Positions 25,430-39,625 of a stretch of 64,000 nt of DNA are shown piece after piece. Source of the DNA: Lama glama (lineage: Eukaryota). Position 1 is the first letter of the stretch; every line of letters starts with the position of its first letter. Made by a program: the position numbers and the translations under genes. Below the pieces are notes generated by a model, which made no database searches, was not told where the DNA came from, and saw only the letters and a list, made by a program, of their open reading frames with translations. Location: positions 59,522,001-59,586,000 of the forward strand of contig CM052817.1 of the NCBI GenBank assembly GCA_028534125.1. Reading direction: 5' to 3'.

Positions 25430-27145
25430 CAAAATGTATTAAAATCAACAAAAATTGAAAGAAAGTAAATGAAAAGATTAAACAAAGTTAGGAACAATAA
25501 TCACTGAAACAGAAAAGAAATTTACAATGTGGAAAAATCTACAATAGAAAAATCGGTTCTTTGAAAAATCAACAAGTCTCTAAAAGGTCTTATAGCTAAG
25601 AAGAGAAAAAGGAGGAGGTGGTGAAGGGAGGAGAGGAGGAGGAAGAAGCAAAGTAGAAGAAGGTAGTGAAGGAGAAGAGACAGAGGGAGATTGGCAGGAA
25701 GGAGGTAGAAAGAGACAGAGAGAGGGAAAAAAACTAAAAATTACCAGTAACAATAATGAGAAGGGGTTGGCTCTATAAGTCCCATTGATATCAAAAATAC
25801 TTCAATATATTTTTCATTGTATCAAAAATTTAATTAGAATTAAAATAGAAAAAAAATGGAAAGCAGCACTAATTCTGAATACCATAACATTTATTAAGGA
25901 AACTAAACCCTTATTTTTCATAAAAGAGAAAAAAAAGTCTTCCCAGAAATAGAATTACAAGTCTGAATGGCTTCATTGAGGAATCTTTGCAAACAGTTAA
26001 GAAAGTGATACACCAATCACACATACACCAATTGTTTCTAGAAAAAAGTTAACACTTTCCAACTCTTTCTGTGAAAGCAGAATAAACTTTAACATAAAAT
26101 TCTCAAAAGATACTGGCTAAAAGAAGAACAAAAAACTTTAAATACCTAGAAATAAATTTAACAAAAGATAAATAAGATTTTTAAATACTGAGACTAAATA
26201 TATTTGTGGAGAGGTAAAACTAAATATTGGGAACAAGTTGTTTCCCTCAAATTATCTGCATATTCAATGCAACCACAATAAAAACTCAAAAAAGTTTTTG
26301 ACATTGATATTACTATTCTAAAATTTGTATTAAATTACAAAAGGCCAAGAATCACCAAGACAGTCTTGAAGAAAACAAAGTGGAAGAACTTTTACTATTA
26401 TGAGACCTTGTACTATGCTTTACTACAATAATATGTAAAATATTGTGGGTCTTGGCATCAAGAAAATCAAATGGATCGTTGGATCAGAATGAAGTGTCCC
26501 GAACATATACGTGAGCTTGATTTATGATAAATGATTCATGACAGAACAGTGGGTAAAGGATGGTCATTACAAAGAATGGTACTGGATAAATGGGATAGCA
26601 TACATGAAACGTAATGTCTTGGCCCCTTATATATCATACAAATGCCAATGCCAACTGGATATACTGGATTAGAGATCTAAAACTGAAAAATAAAATCAGA
26701 AGTTTTTAGCTGATAGCATAGAAAATACCTTCTTTTCCTTAACAACGTAAGCCAATATTTCTTACATAGGACACAAAGATACAAACTGTAAAGAAAAAAT
26801 ATTGATACATTGAACTGCAATGTATTTAAAAACAATGTATTTAATGTATAGAATAAAATTACAAGCCACAAACTAGAAGAAGATATTTACAGTACATATA
26901 TCTGATAAAGAATTTTGTTCAAAATAAATAAACTCTGACGGAGAGAGATGAGAGAGAGAATCTAACAGGGAAAAAAAAACACAGTAAACAGAACAAGCAT
27001 AAAAGAGGAAATCAAAAAGTTAAGCCTTTAAAAAATAAAAAAAAAATGCTTCAAATCTGAGGCATCAGATAAATGTAAATTAAAACTTCAATATGATCAC
27101 AAAATCACCAGAATAGGTACTGTAAAATAAAATTCAATAGCAAGT
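25430..27145 (+). mobile_element. Old L1 (L1ME-like) ORF2 remnant with internal deletions
   Basis: ggttctttgaaaaatcaacaag, aaatacctagaaataaatttaacaaaaga, attcaatgcaaccacaataaaaa, atatctgataaagaatttt; GA-rich expansion at ~25600-25730. Confidence 0.8.
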
Positions 27146-27149
27146 ATTA

Positions 27150-27340
27150 TACCATTTAGCTTTCTAGCAAAAATGTATGCAAATTCCAGTTATTCTACAT
27201 TCTTGCCAACATTTGGTGTTGTCAGTTTTTAGAATTTTAGCCATTCTGACAAGTGAATGGTGAAAACGTTATGGGTTTCCTTGATGACTAACAAATTGAA
27301 CACTTTTTCATGTGAAATAATCATCTATGTTTCTGGACAT
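27150..27340 (-). mobile_element. L1 ORF2 3' fragment, antisense
   Basis: cattcttgccaacatttggtgttgtcagttttt...ttagccattctga. Confidence 0.8.
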
Positions 27341-29454
27341 ACTTGTTTACAGCATATCACTATTAATTATACACAAGCACCTTTCTGCCAGTGAGAACAA
27401 ATCTGTAAAATGAAAAGTAGCAAGAAAAAAGAAATCCAGTATTTTTTGGCCTTTTACCCCATATATACACAGCAGTAAATATATGGTGATTTAATTATTT
27501 AAGTGCAAGAAAATAAAATGACAAGAGGTCAAATATAATTCTGTTTTTATTTAATAGATTTCAGTAAAGACTAAACAAAAAGTCTTTGTGTGATGGAGTT
27601 GGACAATTTAAAATGTTATAAATTTCCTACCTTTCTTTTATTCTTAAAATTTATCTAAGTTTAAAATTTATTTAAAATTTATTCTTATGTAAACTGCATG
27701 TCAACTTCATTTTCGAGAGTCTCAACTTGGTTCCCCACAGCTTCATGAGGTGTCTATAAGATGCCACAACATACTAACTATCAAATTACTTGGTAGTGTT
27801 AGCAAGTTCACTAATGATCTTTTCTTATTAGTTCACTGAGAAAAGATCATTCATGCTGCTCAAAACCTGCTTATTTACATATATGGAGGAGAAAAAAGTA
27901 AGACTCACAAGAAAATAAAGCAGAACAGACAGGTATATAATTTTGCAGTCTATACCTTAAAATGAGTAGCCTAAAATAATCCAAACAATAATCCTTCAAA
28001 GACAAAATATTTTGTTCCTTCCTTTTGATTATTTAGGAAGAATTTTAGACTGTGTCTCTACCTAAAAATAACTTTTAATCTCAAAGATTATGTTAATGCA
28101 ATAGAAATAGCACTATCATTTTTATTTCTTGAGTTTCATAGAGTTTTATACCCTCAATTTTCATTAGTAAACAACTATAGAAAATATGTATTTAACTATA
28201 GCAGCTAGGTAACTAAACAAAAAACTTCCCTATAATCTCATTTACTATTAATTCAGGTGTTCCCTGGAGTAACATGACTTTTTATAGTAACTAAGCAAAT
28301 AATAATGAATAAATATTATTATAGGTAACTTTGACTCAGACACTATACTGATAAACTGATGATGTGTGTGTGTTTGTGTATGAAGAGTACACAGTTGTTA
28401 AATCATCGACTCATCAACTGTGTGTTTAACAGCTGTGGGAAAGGCTAGGAACCATACATACAAGCTTTCATGGACCGTAAGGTTTAGGTAACCATAAAAG
28501 CCAAATGAATATGCCAGAGTGTATCTCTGACATACCAACACTCCCTCAGCATCTATGTTTAACAGACAATAATTTGATTGTATACTCTGGGACTCTTACT
28601 TCTGAACTAAATCTAACAGTTATCGAGATTTTTGTTATAGATACACAAACAGTTAAGAGTTATGGTAATCTATCCTTTACATGTGCTATAAATACAGAGA
28701 GGACACATAGAAAATTTGGTGGAATTTCTTAAATTTCAGATTATTTTCTCACCACCTGCCTTGGGCGATTTATTATAGCCTATGGCGTTAATTCTAGATT
28801 GTAAACTTCTTAAAGGAAAAGCTTATGTTTTCTTGGGTTTTATATCTTAACTTATCATCATGCAAGTGAATTGAAGGTTCTTTCTAAATGTGTTTTGAAA
28901 AAGTGATTTCTAAGTCCCTCTCTAACTCTGAAATTTTGTCACACAGAAAAATTTAACCAGACGTATTCCTATCTATTTATAATAATGAGTGCAAATATTT
29001 AACATATTTTAATTTAATTGTTTTATTTTTATACATTCACCAAAAGTAAAGGGGAGAAGTTTTCAAAGTGTATGAATTATAATTTTACCTCATGTAGCTT
29101 GATAATTTTTTAATATTTTACTCACTCATCTTTCATTCACTAAGTATGATCCTTCTGAAAGGCTGCTGGAAGTTAGGATTACTGAAATATAAAAGATTAA
29201 GCTCTGTTCTTTGAGGATTGTATTTCAGGGCTTGATTTTTATTGAATTATGCATATGATTCAATTCTCCTTTTCCTATTTTAGGTAGAATTAACCAGGGA
29301 AACAGCTAGCAGAATTTTCCTCCTGGAAGTGATAAAATCATTTCCGTGATTTTCATCTCCATGTTGTGTTATACATACAATTCCACATACTAGTCACAGA
29401 AAAGTGTTAATTCACTGAACTTGGAACTTGGAAATAGCCTCCCATCTAATTCAA

Positions 29455-29600
29455 TATCATTCAAAATGTGGTTCATAGAACATCTACTTCAGTATCACCT
29501 AGGTGTTTGTTAAAAATGAAGATTCCTGGGCTTCACACGTGACAAATTAGAATCATATAAAACATTTTTGCAGCAAAGGTAGGACCACAATTTATGTTTC
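29455..29600. mobile_element. MER5A-like hAT-Charlie MITE
   Basis: ttcaaaatgtggttc...cagtatcacctaggtgtttgttaaaaatgaagattcctgggcttcac. Confidence 0.7.
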
Positions 29601-31959
29601 TTAAATTCTGGTACTGTGTTTTATCCTTTCACTCTTCTTCCATTTCAAATAAAGTATCCATATGTTATGGTAAAAAAAATTTTAACTTGTCAATTTTGCT
29701 GTGTTTATCAACACAAAGGCATGGCATAGTGTACATAGATCAAAATATTTCTGAATCTAAATATGTTGACTGAACCTTTTTCACTTTCTTGGATTTAACA
29801 TAATTCTATAATGTGACAGAACTGGATTCCAAGGATATCTGAACTACCCAAATCTAGCACTTCTAAGATTTCTCTGCAATTTAACTTGATGAAATACTTT
29901 AAAATATCTAATTTCAAACTGCGATTTTACTAACTTTCCTCTTTACAGTTTATGTCTAGGGCAAAATGAAGTATTTAATTGAATTATTTATATTGTACTG
30001 CATCTAAGATATCAACATTTCCTAATGAAATATTTCAGAGTCATTGGGATAAAACTGGTGAAAAAACATCAAGCAGAAAATCTTCTAGAAGAAAAAATAT
30101 TTCTAGCAAACAAGACACCAAATGGGAGTTACATTTTGAAATTGACTTATTTTCTATAATTAACATCAATTTAATAATTTTTTTCAAAAATATGGAATAA
30201 TGGTCAAAGGCAGTCTAGTTAAATACCAGATGGCACCTTAAAAGAGCAAAAATCAAATGTTTGAGAGATAAAGACTGCAAAAAGATGCTGAAAACTCTGT
30301 CATTAATAACTAAATTAATCAAAACTCCAAGACTACAAAGTAATCTTTGGAATTGTACACAAAAAATTATAAAAAACTGAAATGCATGTTTTAATAATTA
30401 ATGTAGCACATGTTTTCTTAATTGAAAATTTATTTAACAAATAATTAAAATAATATTTCTGCTCTGATCAGGTAATGTTCTTACTATATTAAACTATTCT
30501 GTTTCACATCATTTGTTCATGTACTTTCCTGTGTTTTATCTAGATGTACAAATGTTTAAAGGAATATAATTCCTAAAATCCTATATATCTTTTTGAAATA
30601 CACCCTGTGAATATTTATAATTCTTTGATAATTTTCTGTGTCCTAAGAGGACGAGGAATATGGATGGTAAACTGGATGTATGTGAATTCTTCAAGGTTCA
30701 AAACGTATGGTAAACTCATAATGAATATTATCCAGGAGGATGGACTGTAAAATTAATATAAAAAAATGAGTAGCTCACTGTGTATTTATTGAGCTCTTCT
30801 GGTGCCTAAAATATGTCCTACAATATAGTAAGTTCTCCATAAATGTTTCTTCAACTGATTTAAACATAACACCATATCCAGTAGCTTTACATAAGGTACT
30901 GTGGGACTACTTAAATCCAGTAACATTACAAAAACAATAATAATTTTAGGCATAGTACTTTAAATGAGTATGAAAACTGAAGTTAGAGTTGCCAAAGATC
31001 CTAGAGCTAACCAAGGACTCAAAACCCAAGTCTGTAGACACTAAAGACCATGAACACTATTTCACACTTCAATATACAAGGTATTTAAAGAAATATATTT
31101 AGAACTCCATCACACAGAAGTCAAGCCCTAAATATCTAGAGAAAGCAACATCCAAAATAACTCCTTTCCTAATATTTCAGAAATCACTATTAATATTATA
31201 AAACCATGAATATCACATACGGGTCAATTTTAGTATGCCTATCTGTTGCCTTCCCTCTAATGGGCCCTTTAACTTCTTTACGGACTCATAAAAGTACACC
31301 GCAAAGCTAGCTAATACCCAAAATTTAGAACCACTGGACTTCTAATATTGATCCTGATATATTTTTCAGTAGATCCGTTCCTCCTAGTTTTTAAGTCTTG
31401 CTCCAGTATTCCTCAGGTGCCTGCTAGATATTGCACTGTTTTCTATCTGATCTTCTCATTATCATTTCTGGATCAGCCCTATTCTCTCAGCTCAGTATCT
31501 CCCTTGCCTTGGGTGAGTCTTTCATACTGAAATTCTCCACAACCTAACTCCAGCCATATTTAGTCTTTTGGCCACTCTTTACCCTCTTTTAGAAGAGAAA
31601 GATGATACTGATATTACATTATTTATCTATGGCTCTAGGTCCATATAGCTAATGTACTGATGCAATACATAGCTACACAAGTAATTCTGTAAGCACTTAA
31701 CGGATTTTTAACATTTACCCAAGAACTATAAGCACTTAAATTAAAGTTAACAAACTGTATTAAGTACTTTCTATATTTCTACATTTAAGGGAGTATCAAG
31801 GATAGACAATGTATACGATATGGTCCATCCAAGATAGTATCTTAATATACATGGCTATATATAATTTATTATGTAGGCAAACTTTAGAACCATCCTCAAA
31901 GAAGATTATATTTCCTTTCATCTGTATTTAGTTCTTCACTGTTCTTCTAATATTCTTTA

Positions 31960-32110
31960 ACCTTTCTGTCTGTATGTTATTATACTGGAAGCATTTTGTG
32001 AAAGGTAATTTTTAGTCTTGTTCAATATTATTTTTCTAGGGCTTAGAACAGTATCTAACAAATGTAAATGTTAGGGTACTCAAATTTATTCATTGAGTGA
32101 ATGACTAATT
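31960..32110 (+). mobile_element. L2 3' end
   Basis: tcttgttca...ctagggcttagaacagtatct...actcaaatttattcattgagtgaatga. Confidence 0.65.
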
Positions 32111-33345
32111 GCAGGTTTATGTATGGTCCCACAACTTACCAAGGACACTTCTAGAATAACAACAGTTATTAGTAAATTATAGTAGAATTACTGTTGTTAA
32201 GACAATTACTAAATTACAACATTCTTGATCAATAAAAATACTTATCAAATTCATCCACCACATACACATTCCCATCAATTATATTGCCTCAAACTCTCTT
32301 CTCTGTCAGACAAATAAGGACCTTCCTGCAATATTTCCCATTATGTGGGTCATAATTAACAGTTACCAACTCTGTTGTTCAGTTATTGAAATTCATCATG
32401 CTGGATCAGTGCCTTAACAAAGATTCAAGTTAATAAAGGAGAGGTATCATAGAAAGGATAATCCAATGGATTGTACTAAAGGCGTCTTTCATAGACTCTA
32501 AAATTTTTATGTAAGCAATACAAAGATAGTATTTATTCATAAGAATTTATCTCATTTGATTGTGAGGGGGGTTTTTTTGGGTACATTTTCATTGAGAAAG
32601 TCAACTTTATTACTACCTATTATAAAGCAGTATTTTGAAAATAGTTTTATTTTTCTTAGTTCATGAACTGCTAGCCTCTCAATTGGAAATTATAAATTGT
32701 TCCACTGCTAGTGACAATTTATTAGTTTCTCCAACATGGATGTCATAGTATTCTTAATTCTGATACGAAGTCTTGGAAGTCAGAAAATATATTACCAGTC
32801 TTCTTTATATTCATATCTTTGATGAAATCTGAGTCATGAAGTAGAAATTTATTATAATGGAAACGCTTACAACGTGTTTTTTTATAAGAAATTGATGTGA
32901 GGTTCACAACACAGATTACTGAAGACCACTGGATTACTGAATTTAAAAATAGAAATAAATATTCCAAAATAGACAGTACTTAAAAACAAAGTTTGTGTGC
33001 TCAATAGGTATTTTTCATAAAATTTTTCATAATTGATACTTCACAGTAAGTCTACATTTAGTTTTAATGAGCTATATCTACCTAAATCATAATTTGATGG
33101 ATATTTCTGAAGTTAATACACCAATGCTGTGAAGTTCATGCAAGGTACAGTACTACAAAAATAGTAGAAAATGTGACCTAGAAAATTCAATATGGCAACA
33201 ATTTTCCTGTTGTTTTGTTCATTTTCCTTTGGAAATATGGGCATATTTGTTTCAAAATTTTTTTCTCATTATGACTTGTTCATTTTATATATTGAAACAA
33301 AAATATAGACTATTTCTTGTATTTTAATTGTGCCAGAGCTTTAGA

Positions 33346-33348
<3 letters not shown>

Positions 33349-33392
<44 letters not shown>
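33349..33392. repeat. (TG)22 microsatellite
   Basis: Direct read. Confidence 0.95.
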
Positions 33393-33395
<3 letters not shown>

Positions 33396-33549
33396 AGAGA
33401 GACAGACAGCAGACATACATATTTTTAGCAGTTAATTTTTTGTTTCCTTTTTAAGGCATTTTCCAGTGTTTCCACACAATGTAACAGTATTGGAAATACT
33501 ATGTATCTTTCTACTTTCACCAGTTATGAGTATCCAAAGTAGACTTGAA

Positions 33550-34085
33550 ATTCGTCATTTGTTTATTTAACAAATATTAAGGAAATGTTGCTATGGAACA
33601 CAGTTCCTGTTCAATTTGGGCTTCTGAGAAGGAAAGAGATTTAAAACAAATTTCATACCAATTTTTTTTCATTGCAATTATGTTAAGTACTATAAAGGAA
33701 AACTATATATTGTGTAATAAGGGAATAGAACCTGATTTAGGGGGTGGGGAGCCAGAAGGTCTCCCCTGAGTCAGTCCTGAATAATTTACAGGAGTGAGAC
33801 GACAAAAACTGAGGATAAGAGTTTTCCAGGCAGCAAGATCAGCAGGTGTGTGTATGGAGAACTTAAGGTGACAAGACGCTTGGTTTGCACAAAGAGCTAA
33901 ATTAAATACAGATTGTCCGGAGTATAACAATTGATTGAAAGAGAAATTCAAAATAAAAGTTTAGATGTAGGTAATAGAGTCCATTTATCCAGCATTGTAA
34001 TCTTTACAAAAGATGTTGTATGATATCTAAAAAGCCTGGGAAGTCACCGAAATACTTTAAGCAAAGGAGTGACAACCCAGATTGG
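33550..34085 (-). mobile_element. L2 LINE 3' portion
   Basis: tcatttgtttatttaacaaatatt start; ttccaggcagcaagatcagca; tttaagcaaaggagtgacaacccagatt. Confidence 0.7.
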
Positions 34086-34089
34086 CAGC

Positions 34090-34263
34090 ACCTAATCCAA
34101 CACTCACCTGCTAAGCCTACACATGGCTGCTGCTTCTTTTCTGCCTTCCAGACATTACAGGTATCTCTTGTGGACAATCCTAATCCAGAAACACACAGGG
34201 AACAGAATTCTTGGAAGCATTAGTTCCATTTTTGCTAAATTAATATAGTACAAAATCATCACA
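34090..34263 (-). mobile_element. ERVL LTR 5' fragment (LTR41/LTR52-like)
   Basis: Reverse complement starts tgtgatgattttgtactatattaatttagc...ggaactaatgcttccaagaattc...attgtccacaagaga. Confidence 0.6.
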
Positions 34264-34669
34264 TTATTCAACTATTAAAGGTGTGCATATTTTTGATTCT
34301 CATACTAACCATTTTCTAAGTTAAAAAATGCATTCATTTTAACCTTAAGAGTTATGCAATATGTGTAGATAACTGAATAGGCTGAATAGAAATAGGGAAA
34401 CTACAATTTATTATATTTTCTTAATAGATTTGAGAAAATACTATAGTACAAATAGAATAACTTCATTATTATAATGACTATTATTGCCAAGAATAAAATC
34501 TACATGACTCATCAATAAGTACGGCCTTGAATATGAACCAAGATTTTTTTAAATTGGACAATATACTGCTTTCTATATTTTTGCTTAATAAGGTAATGAT
34601 ACTCATTGTTTTCAATAAAGACAAACTAATGAATTGTTCACAACTATAAAATATTTCAAAATTTTATGT

Positions 34670-34850
34670 GATGTACTTCACGTTTTAGATTAACGTGCTT
34701 TAGCTCCCCAAGTTTTAAATTAACAAATTAAGCTCAGAGCTATTAGGTACTTGGCCGAGGTCAACTACCTGATACATGGCTGTAGTGAAACTGAAATTCA
34801 GGTCTATCTTTTGACTCTAATTACAATGCCCTTTAACTATAACACACACA
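34670..34850 (-). mobile_element. MIR SINE
   Basis: aagctcagagctattaggtacttggccgaggtca...gaaattcaggtct...gactcta. Confidence 0.7.
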
Positions 34851-34929
34851 TACATGCATATACACATGCATGTGTTTAAACATACTTATATGCCTATGAT
34901 TCAAGCTTATAAATTAAATCTATACATTT

Positions 34930-35800
34930 ATACCCTCCTTCTAAAGACATTATAAAGATAATAGTGAAAGAATATTAAAGGTATAAAACACAACAATGAA
35001 AGATCAAAGAATGAAAGATTTCAAGTATTTTCTGGAAAGTAAGTACAGATGGAAGTGCAGTGACTAAAGAAGCAAAAGGAAGGTTTTGCAAACTGGAATG
35101 AGTATAGGGAGTTTATAATTCAATAGAGAACCTCTCTCTTAATAAGAACTCTGGAAAGATTCCAGGACAGGATAGGATGCAAGCATAAGACACAGGACTG
35201 AAATTGGGGAATTAATTGCAACAGTATTCAAGAATCTCTTATATACATGCTACATACCTAGACATGCAACCAATGATCACTATGAACTGCAGAGGGAAAC
35301 GTCCAGTATCTAAGCATTAATCTTGGACAAATAAACTCAAAAACATAGTTGCTTTCAAAATAAATTCTATGGATTACCTAAGGAGAAACAGAGCATTTCA
35401 TGTGAATGTGTTTCAAAGAAAAGCCTTCCTAATTGTGTTCTTTTGGGAAATGCCAACATAGTGGTTTGTTGATTGTTCACTTGCCCTGTGAACCAATCTT
35501 TGCAGGTCAAGAAGCCTTTCATATGCGCAAGTGCATTGTAATTCTTCCCACTGATTCATTTTGAATATGAATAGAAACTATTCATCAGCAGATATTCTGA
35601 TATGGTCTACAGGAGAAAAATGGTAAAAGTAAACAAATAGAAAAAAAATCTAGAGAAAACAAAATTCTAGGAACATAAGGGAGTTTAAATATCTTAAAAT
35701 TTCACTCTGGACAGAGCATCAAGAAGAGAGTATATCTATAAAATAAGAACAAGCTCATATGAAAAATAAAAAAGACTTTAAGGATCTTAGGAATTCATAC
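34930..35800 (+). mobile_element. HAL1/old L1 5'-ORF1-like remnant (appears to resume at ~37245-37430)
   Basis: A-rich degenerate sequence with L1/HAL1-like character, interrupted by the antisense L1 at 35800. Confidence 0.4.
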
Positions 35801-37235
35801 ACGATTTTAAATGAAATATACATGCAAAATAGTGTTCAAATCAAAAGTTGTACAGCTCAGTGATTTTAACAAAGTGAATGCATCCTTGTGATAAAATAAA
35901 TATCAAGAGATATAGTATTATTAGTAGCACAGATGCTCCTACCATCCTTACTTACAGTCTAGCTCTCTTTTCTCAAAAAACAAAATTACTGTGCTGATTA
36001 CTTCTACCGAATGTTTTTTTTACATGTATTTATACAGTGAAAACTCATGATTGGATTCTTTCGCTCAACACTTTGTGTGATTATTTCATGTTTTGTTGCT
36101 CAGTAATTGTTTCGTTCACTTTCATTGCTGAAGAGTAATCCAGTGTATGAATATACCACAATTTATTAATTCTAGTCATGTTCAACTTGTTTTCAGTTTG
36201 GGACTATTATGAATACTGCTGCTATGGACATCACTGAACATGTCTTTCAGTTTATACATGTACACATTTCTGTTCCATTTATACCTGGGAGAACATTTGC
36301 TACTTCGAAGTATGTGCAAATGTTCAACTTTAGTAGATACTGCCAACTTGCTTTCCAAAACAATTCTAATAATTTACATTTTCACCAGCAGTTGCTTCAC
36401 ATCCTTGTCAACACTTGGTGTCAGTCTTCTCATTTTTGCAGTCTTAATGGGTGTGTAAGTAGTATTAAACTGGGATTTTAATTTGTATCACCTTAATGGC
36501 TAATGAATTTAGCATTAGTCAATCTGTTTATTGGTCATTTCAGTGGTCTCTTTTGTAAAGTATCTAGTCAAGATATTAGCCATTTTCCTTTTGAGCTCTC
36601 TCTTTTTCTTAGTGATTTGTGGGTGTTTTATCTATAAATATACACGGTATGAGTTCTTTGTCAGATATGAGTATTGCAAATATCTTGTCCCAGTGTGTGG
36701 CTTGAATTTTTACTGTTTCAGTGATGTCTTTGGAGGAACAAAATCTCTTCTTTAATATTGATCAATTTACCAATTTTCTCCTATTTGTACTTTTTGTGTG
36801 CTCTTAAAAAATCTTTACATATCCTAGTATCATTGAGATATTTTTCTCTGTCTTCTAGTAAACACATAACAATTTTATCACATTTTGATCTGCAACAAAA
36901 TATCAGAGTCAAGATATTTTTTCACATGAATATTCAATATTTTCAGCAACAGTTTTTTTAATCACATTTTGAAAATTTTTTTAATCACATTTCACATTCC
37001 AGTGCTAATATTGTCATAAATTAAATGATCATATATTTGTGGGTTTCTTTTCAATCCCTCATTTCTAATTTATTGGTCTACTCTTGTGCTGTTATCACAC
37101 AATATTCATTACTGTAGCTTTATAATAGGGATTAATATCTGATACTATTACTTTACATCAGATTTGTTCTTCAAGATTGACTTGGCTATTACGATTTTGC
37201 AATTTTAAAGCAAAATTTCCAAAATAGCTTTTTTT
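35800..37235 (-). mobile_element. L1ME/MB-like 3'UTR and ORF2 end
   Basis: tgtacagctcagtgattttaacaaagtgaa, gtatgaatataccacaattt, attatgaatactgctgctatggacat, ttactgtagctttataata. Confidence 0.85.
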
Positions 37236-38888
37236 TTTTTAATTAGTAGAAGTCTAGGAAGACAAAAGCAAGGAAATGCGGTAGAATGTAGGATTTTAAA
37301 ATAAAGAGAAATAAGAAAAATAAGAGATACAGGATATTAAATAAGGTGGTACAAATTCCCAAAATAGAAGTTCCTTGAAAAAAACAGATTGAGAGAGAGA
37401 GAGGAAGAAAGAAAGATGAAGCTGGCAATCAGACAAATTTTTTTAGAATAATTAATGGCATTTTTAATGGAAGTCCTAAGGAGTCACATTTCCACTTCAT
37501 ACCCCACTTCCTCTTTTAGCACTATCAATAAATGCCAGCACAATCATCTCTCAGAATTGCTTTTCTAAATACCTGAGATTGCAAACATCTTTAAAAATAA
37601 ACTCGTAGGTTATTCTCCAGTGAATTAAGGCAGGAGATATAACAACATGGTATTTGATTTGAAATTGAGATATATTTTTACTTAAAGATAAGCATTTCAG
37701 GACTTTAAAAAGTCAGGGTTTTCCAGTTTTACAATATTTTAACAAATGAGATTTCATTTTATTGAAAAACAAATTGTTCTTCTAAAATACATAGATAATA
37801 TAAAGAAACAAGTTGCTAAAATATATATTCAAAATGTCCAGAAAAAGAATAAACTCGATAGGTAAACACTATGCTGAAACTCAAATCACATTATTTTATG
37901 CAATTAAAACTAAATCAGCTTAACTATAGCAAACAAAAATTATTTTCTTACAATCTTAATTTTTTATGTTTTGTATATTTCTATCTTTCCCTTTATAGTT
38001 AACCTCATATGGCATGGACAATCCTTTGTTAAAATCTGTTTGAAAGTTCAAACTAATTTCCACATAGTTGTGTTAAAGAATTAATGAATCTGTGAAAATG
38101 TTCAAGATTCATTTAGGTGCTCTCAGTTGATGCCATGAGGCTTCATTTTTGAATTATGTCCTTGTCAAGGAGTCTGGACTATTTGATTCAGGGAGTGATT
38201 ATAATATAGTTTTTCAATTAATGTGTACTAGTTTCTTGACATAACTCTAGCCAGTGCTAACACTTCAACCTCATTAAGATACAATGTTATATAAGTAACT
38301 ATTGTTAGCCCTAATATTAATTCTGTCCTCAAGTAATTGGACCTAACAGCAGTGGCACAGAAAGAATTACTGATTTAATTTAGGTCATTTCTCAGTGAAC
38401 GTTTTAAGCTAAGTATAACGTAAACTACCATGAACTGACCTAGGATAAGTATAAATGATATTATATTAAAATAAAAAATCATTCATTTGGAAAACAGTAA
38501 TACTATAGTTGTTTAAATGATAGTGATGATGATAAATGTGCTAGTGCACAATTACTACCACTAAACTTTATATTCAGACTGCTTTAAGTATGCAGTCTTT
38601 TAGGTTAAAACTTGGAATTCATCCTGCTTGCTCTTATCAATTAATGTAAAGACTGAGATATTATAGAAAGTATGAAGAAAAGAAAGAAAGAAGGAAGGAA
38701 AAAGAGAGAGAAAGAGATATGCTAGCAAGCTTATCCAGATTTAAGAGATATTTATGTTTTGGATAGAATGTAACTACACTGTACATTTGACTTTGGGTAG
38801 GAGAGCAGGCAGTGTAGGGAGGTATGAATGAAAAGAGACACCTAATATTTGTTAAGAATTCGTTGTGTGTTAATCATTACACCAAATT

Positions 38889-38894
<6 letters not shown>

Positions 38895-38926
<32 letters not shown>
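38895..38926. repeat. (TG)16 microsatellite within an antisense MIR (~38840-39095)
   Basis: Direct read; the MIR core ttaagtaacttgcccaaggtcacacag follows at ~39021. Confidence 0.9.
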
Positions 38927-38929
<3 letters not shown>

Positions 38930-39189
38930 ATATATGTATATATATAACTTATCTCAAAGATCATAAAAATTCTGAAAGGCAGACATTATATGATAGTTAG
39001 AAAAACTGAAATCCAAAGAATTAAGTAACTTGCCCAAGGTCACACAGACAATAATTGGGCTGTAATGTGTATATGTTGTTTTTGCCAGTCCTGAATTTTC
39101 CAATTTTCTTTGGATAACTTTAAACCAATTTTCTTCTGGAGACTGACTACCCAGGTTCAATTCACTGGATCTGTGGATTTTAGACAGCA

Positions 39190-39625
39190 TTGACTCCCAC
39201 CATTGTCAGTTTTGAGAGTGGATATTTGAAATACGCTTGGCCAAACATAACGTTTCAATCTTCAGACCAAAGCTTTTAGTTTAGACATGAGCTCGTGACC
39301 TAAGCCCAAAAAATTAGTCTAACTTTTATCTGAGCTACTAAAAAATATGTCCTTTCTAATCCTGATGAACTCAAAAATAAACCAAAAGCTGTTAGTTATT
39401 GTCTAACAAAAATAGAGAGAACTGAGCCCAAGGGATGAAAATTAAGTTATTATAGGAAGAGAACCAATATTTAATTATAGCATTTGAACTCTTAGATTGA
39501 GCAGTAGGTAGTCTGACCACTAATAAATATCCCCTCCTTTTTTTTTTTTTTTTTTTTTGGTATTTTTACTTGAGTCTGTTTGGGGTGGATTTTCTATAAA
39601 TGACAACCAAAAAAGTTCTCATTAG
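39190..39625 (+). mobile_element. MaLR LTR (MLT1J/K-like) with internal poly-T run
   Basis: cgtgacctaagccca; end aataaatatcccc...ttgagtctgtttggggtggatttct...caaccaaaaaagttct. Confidence 0.65.

Noticed and set aside
32797..32937. Possible phase-1 minus-strand exon (ttcAG|taatcc...aagactg|GTAATA; IQWSSVICVVNLT...)
   Set aside because: Weak donor, no recognisable protein similarity and no partner exons; compatible with chance in AT-rich DNA.
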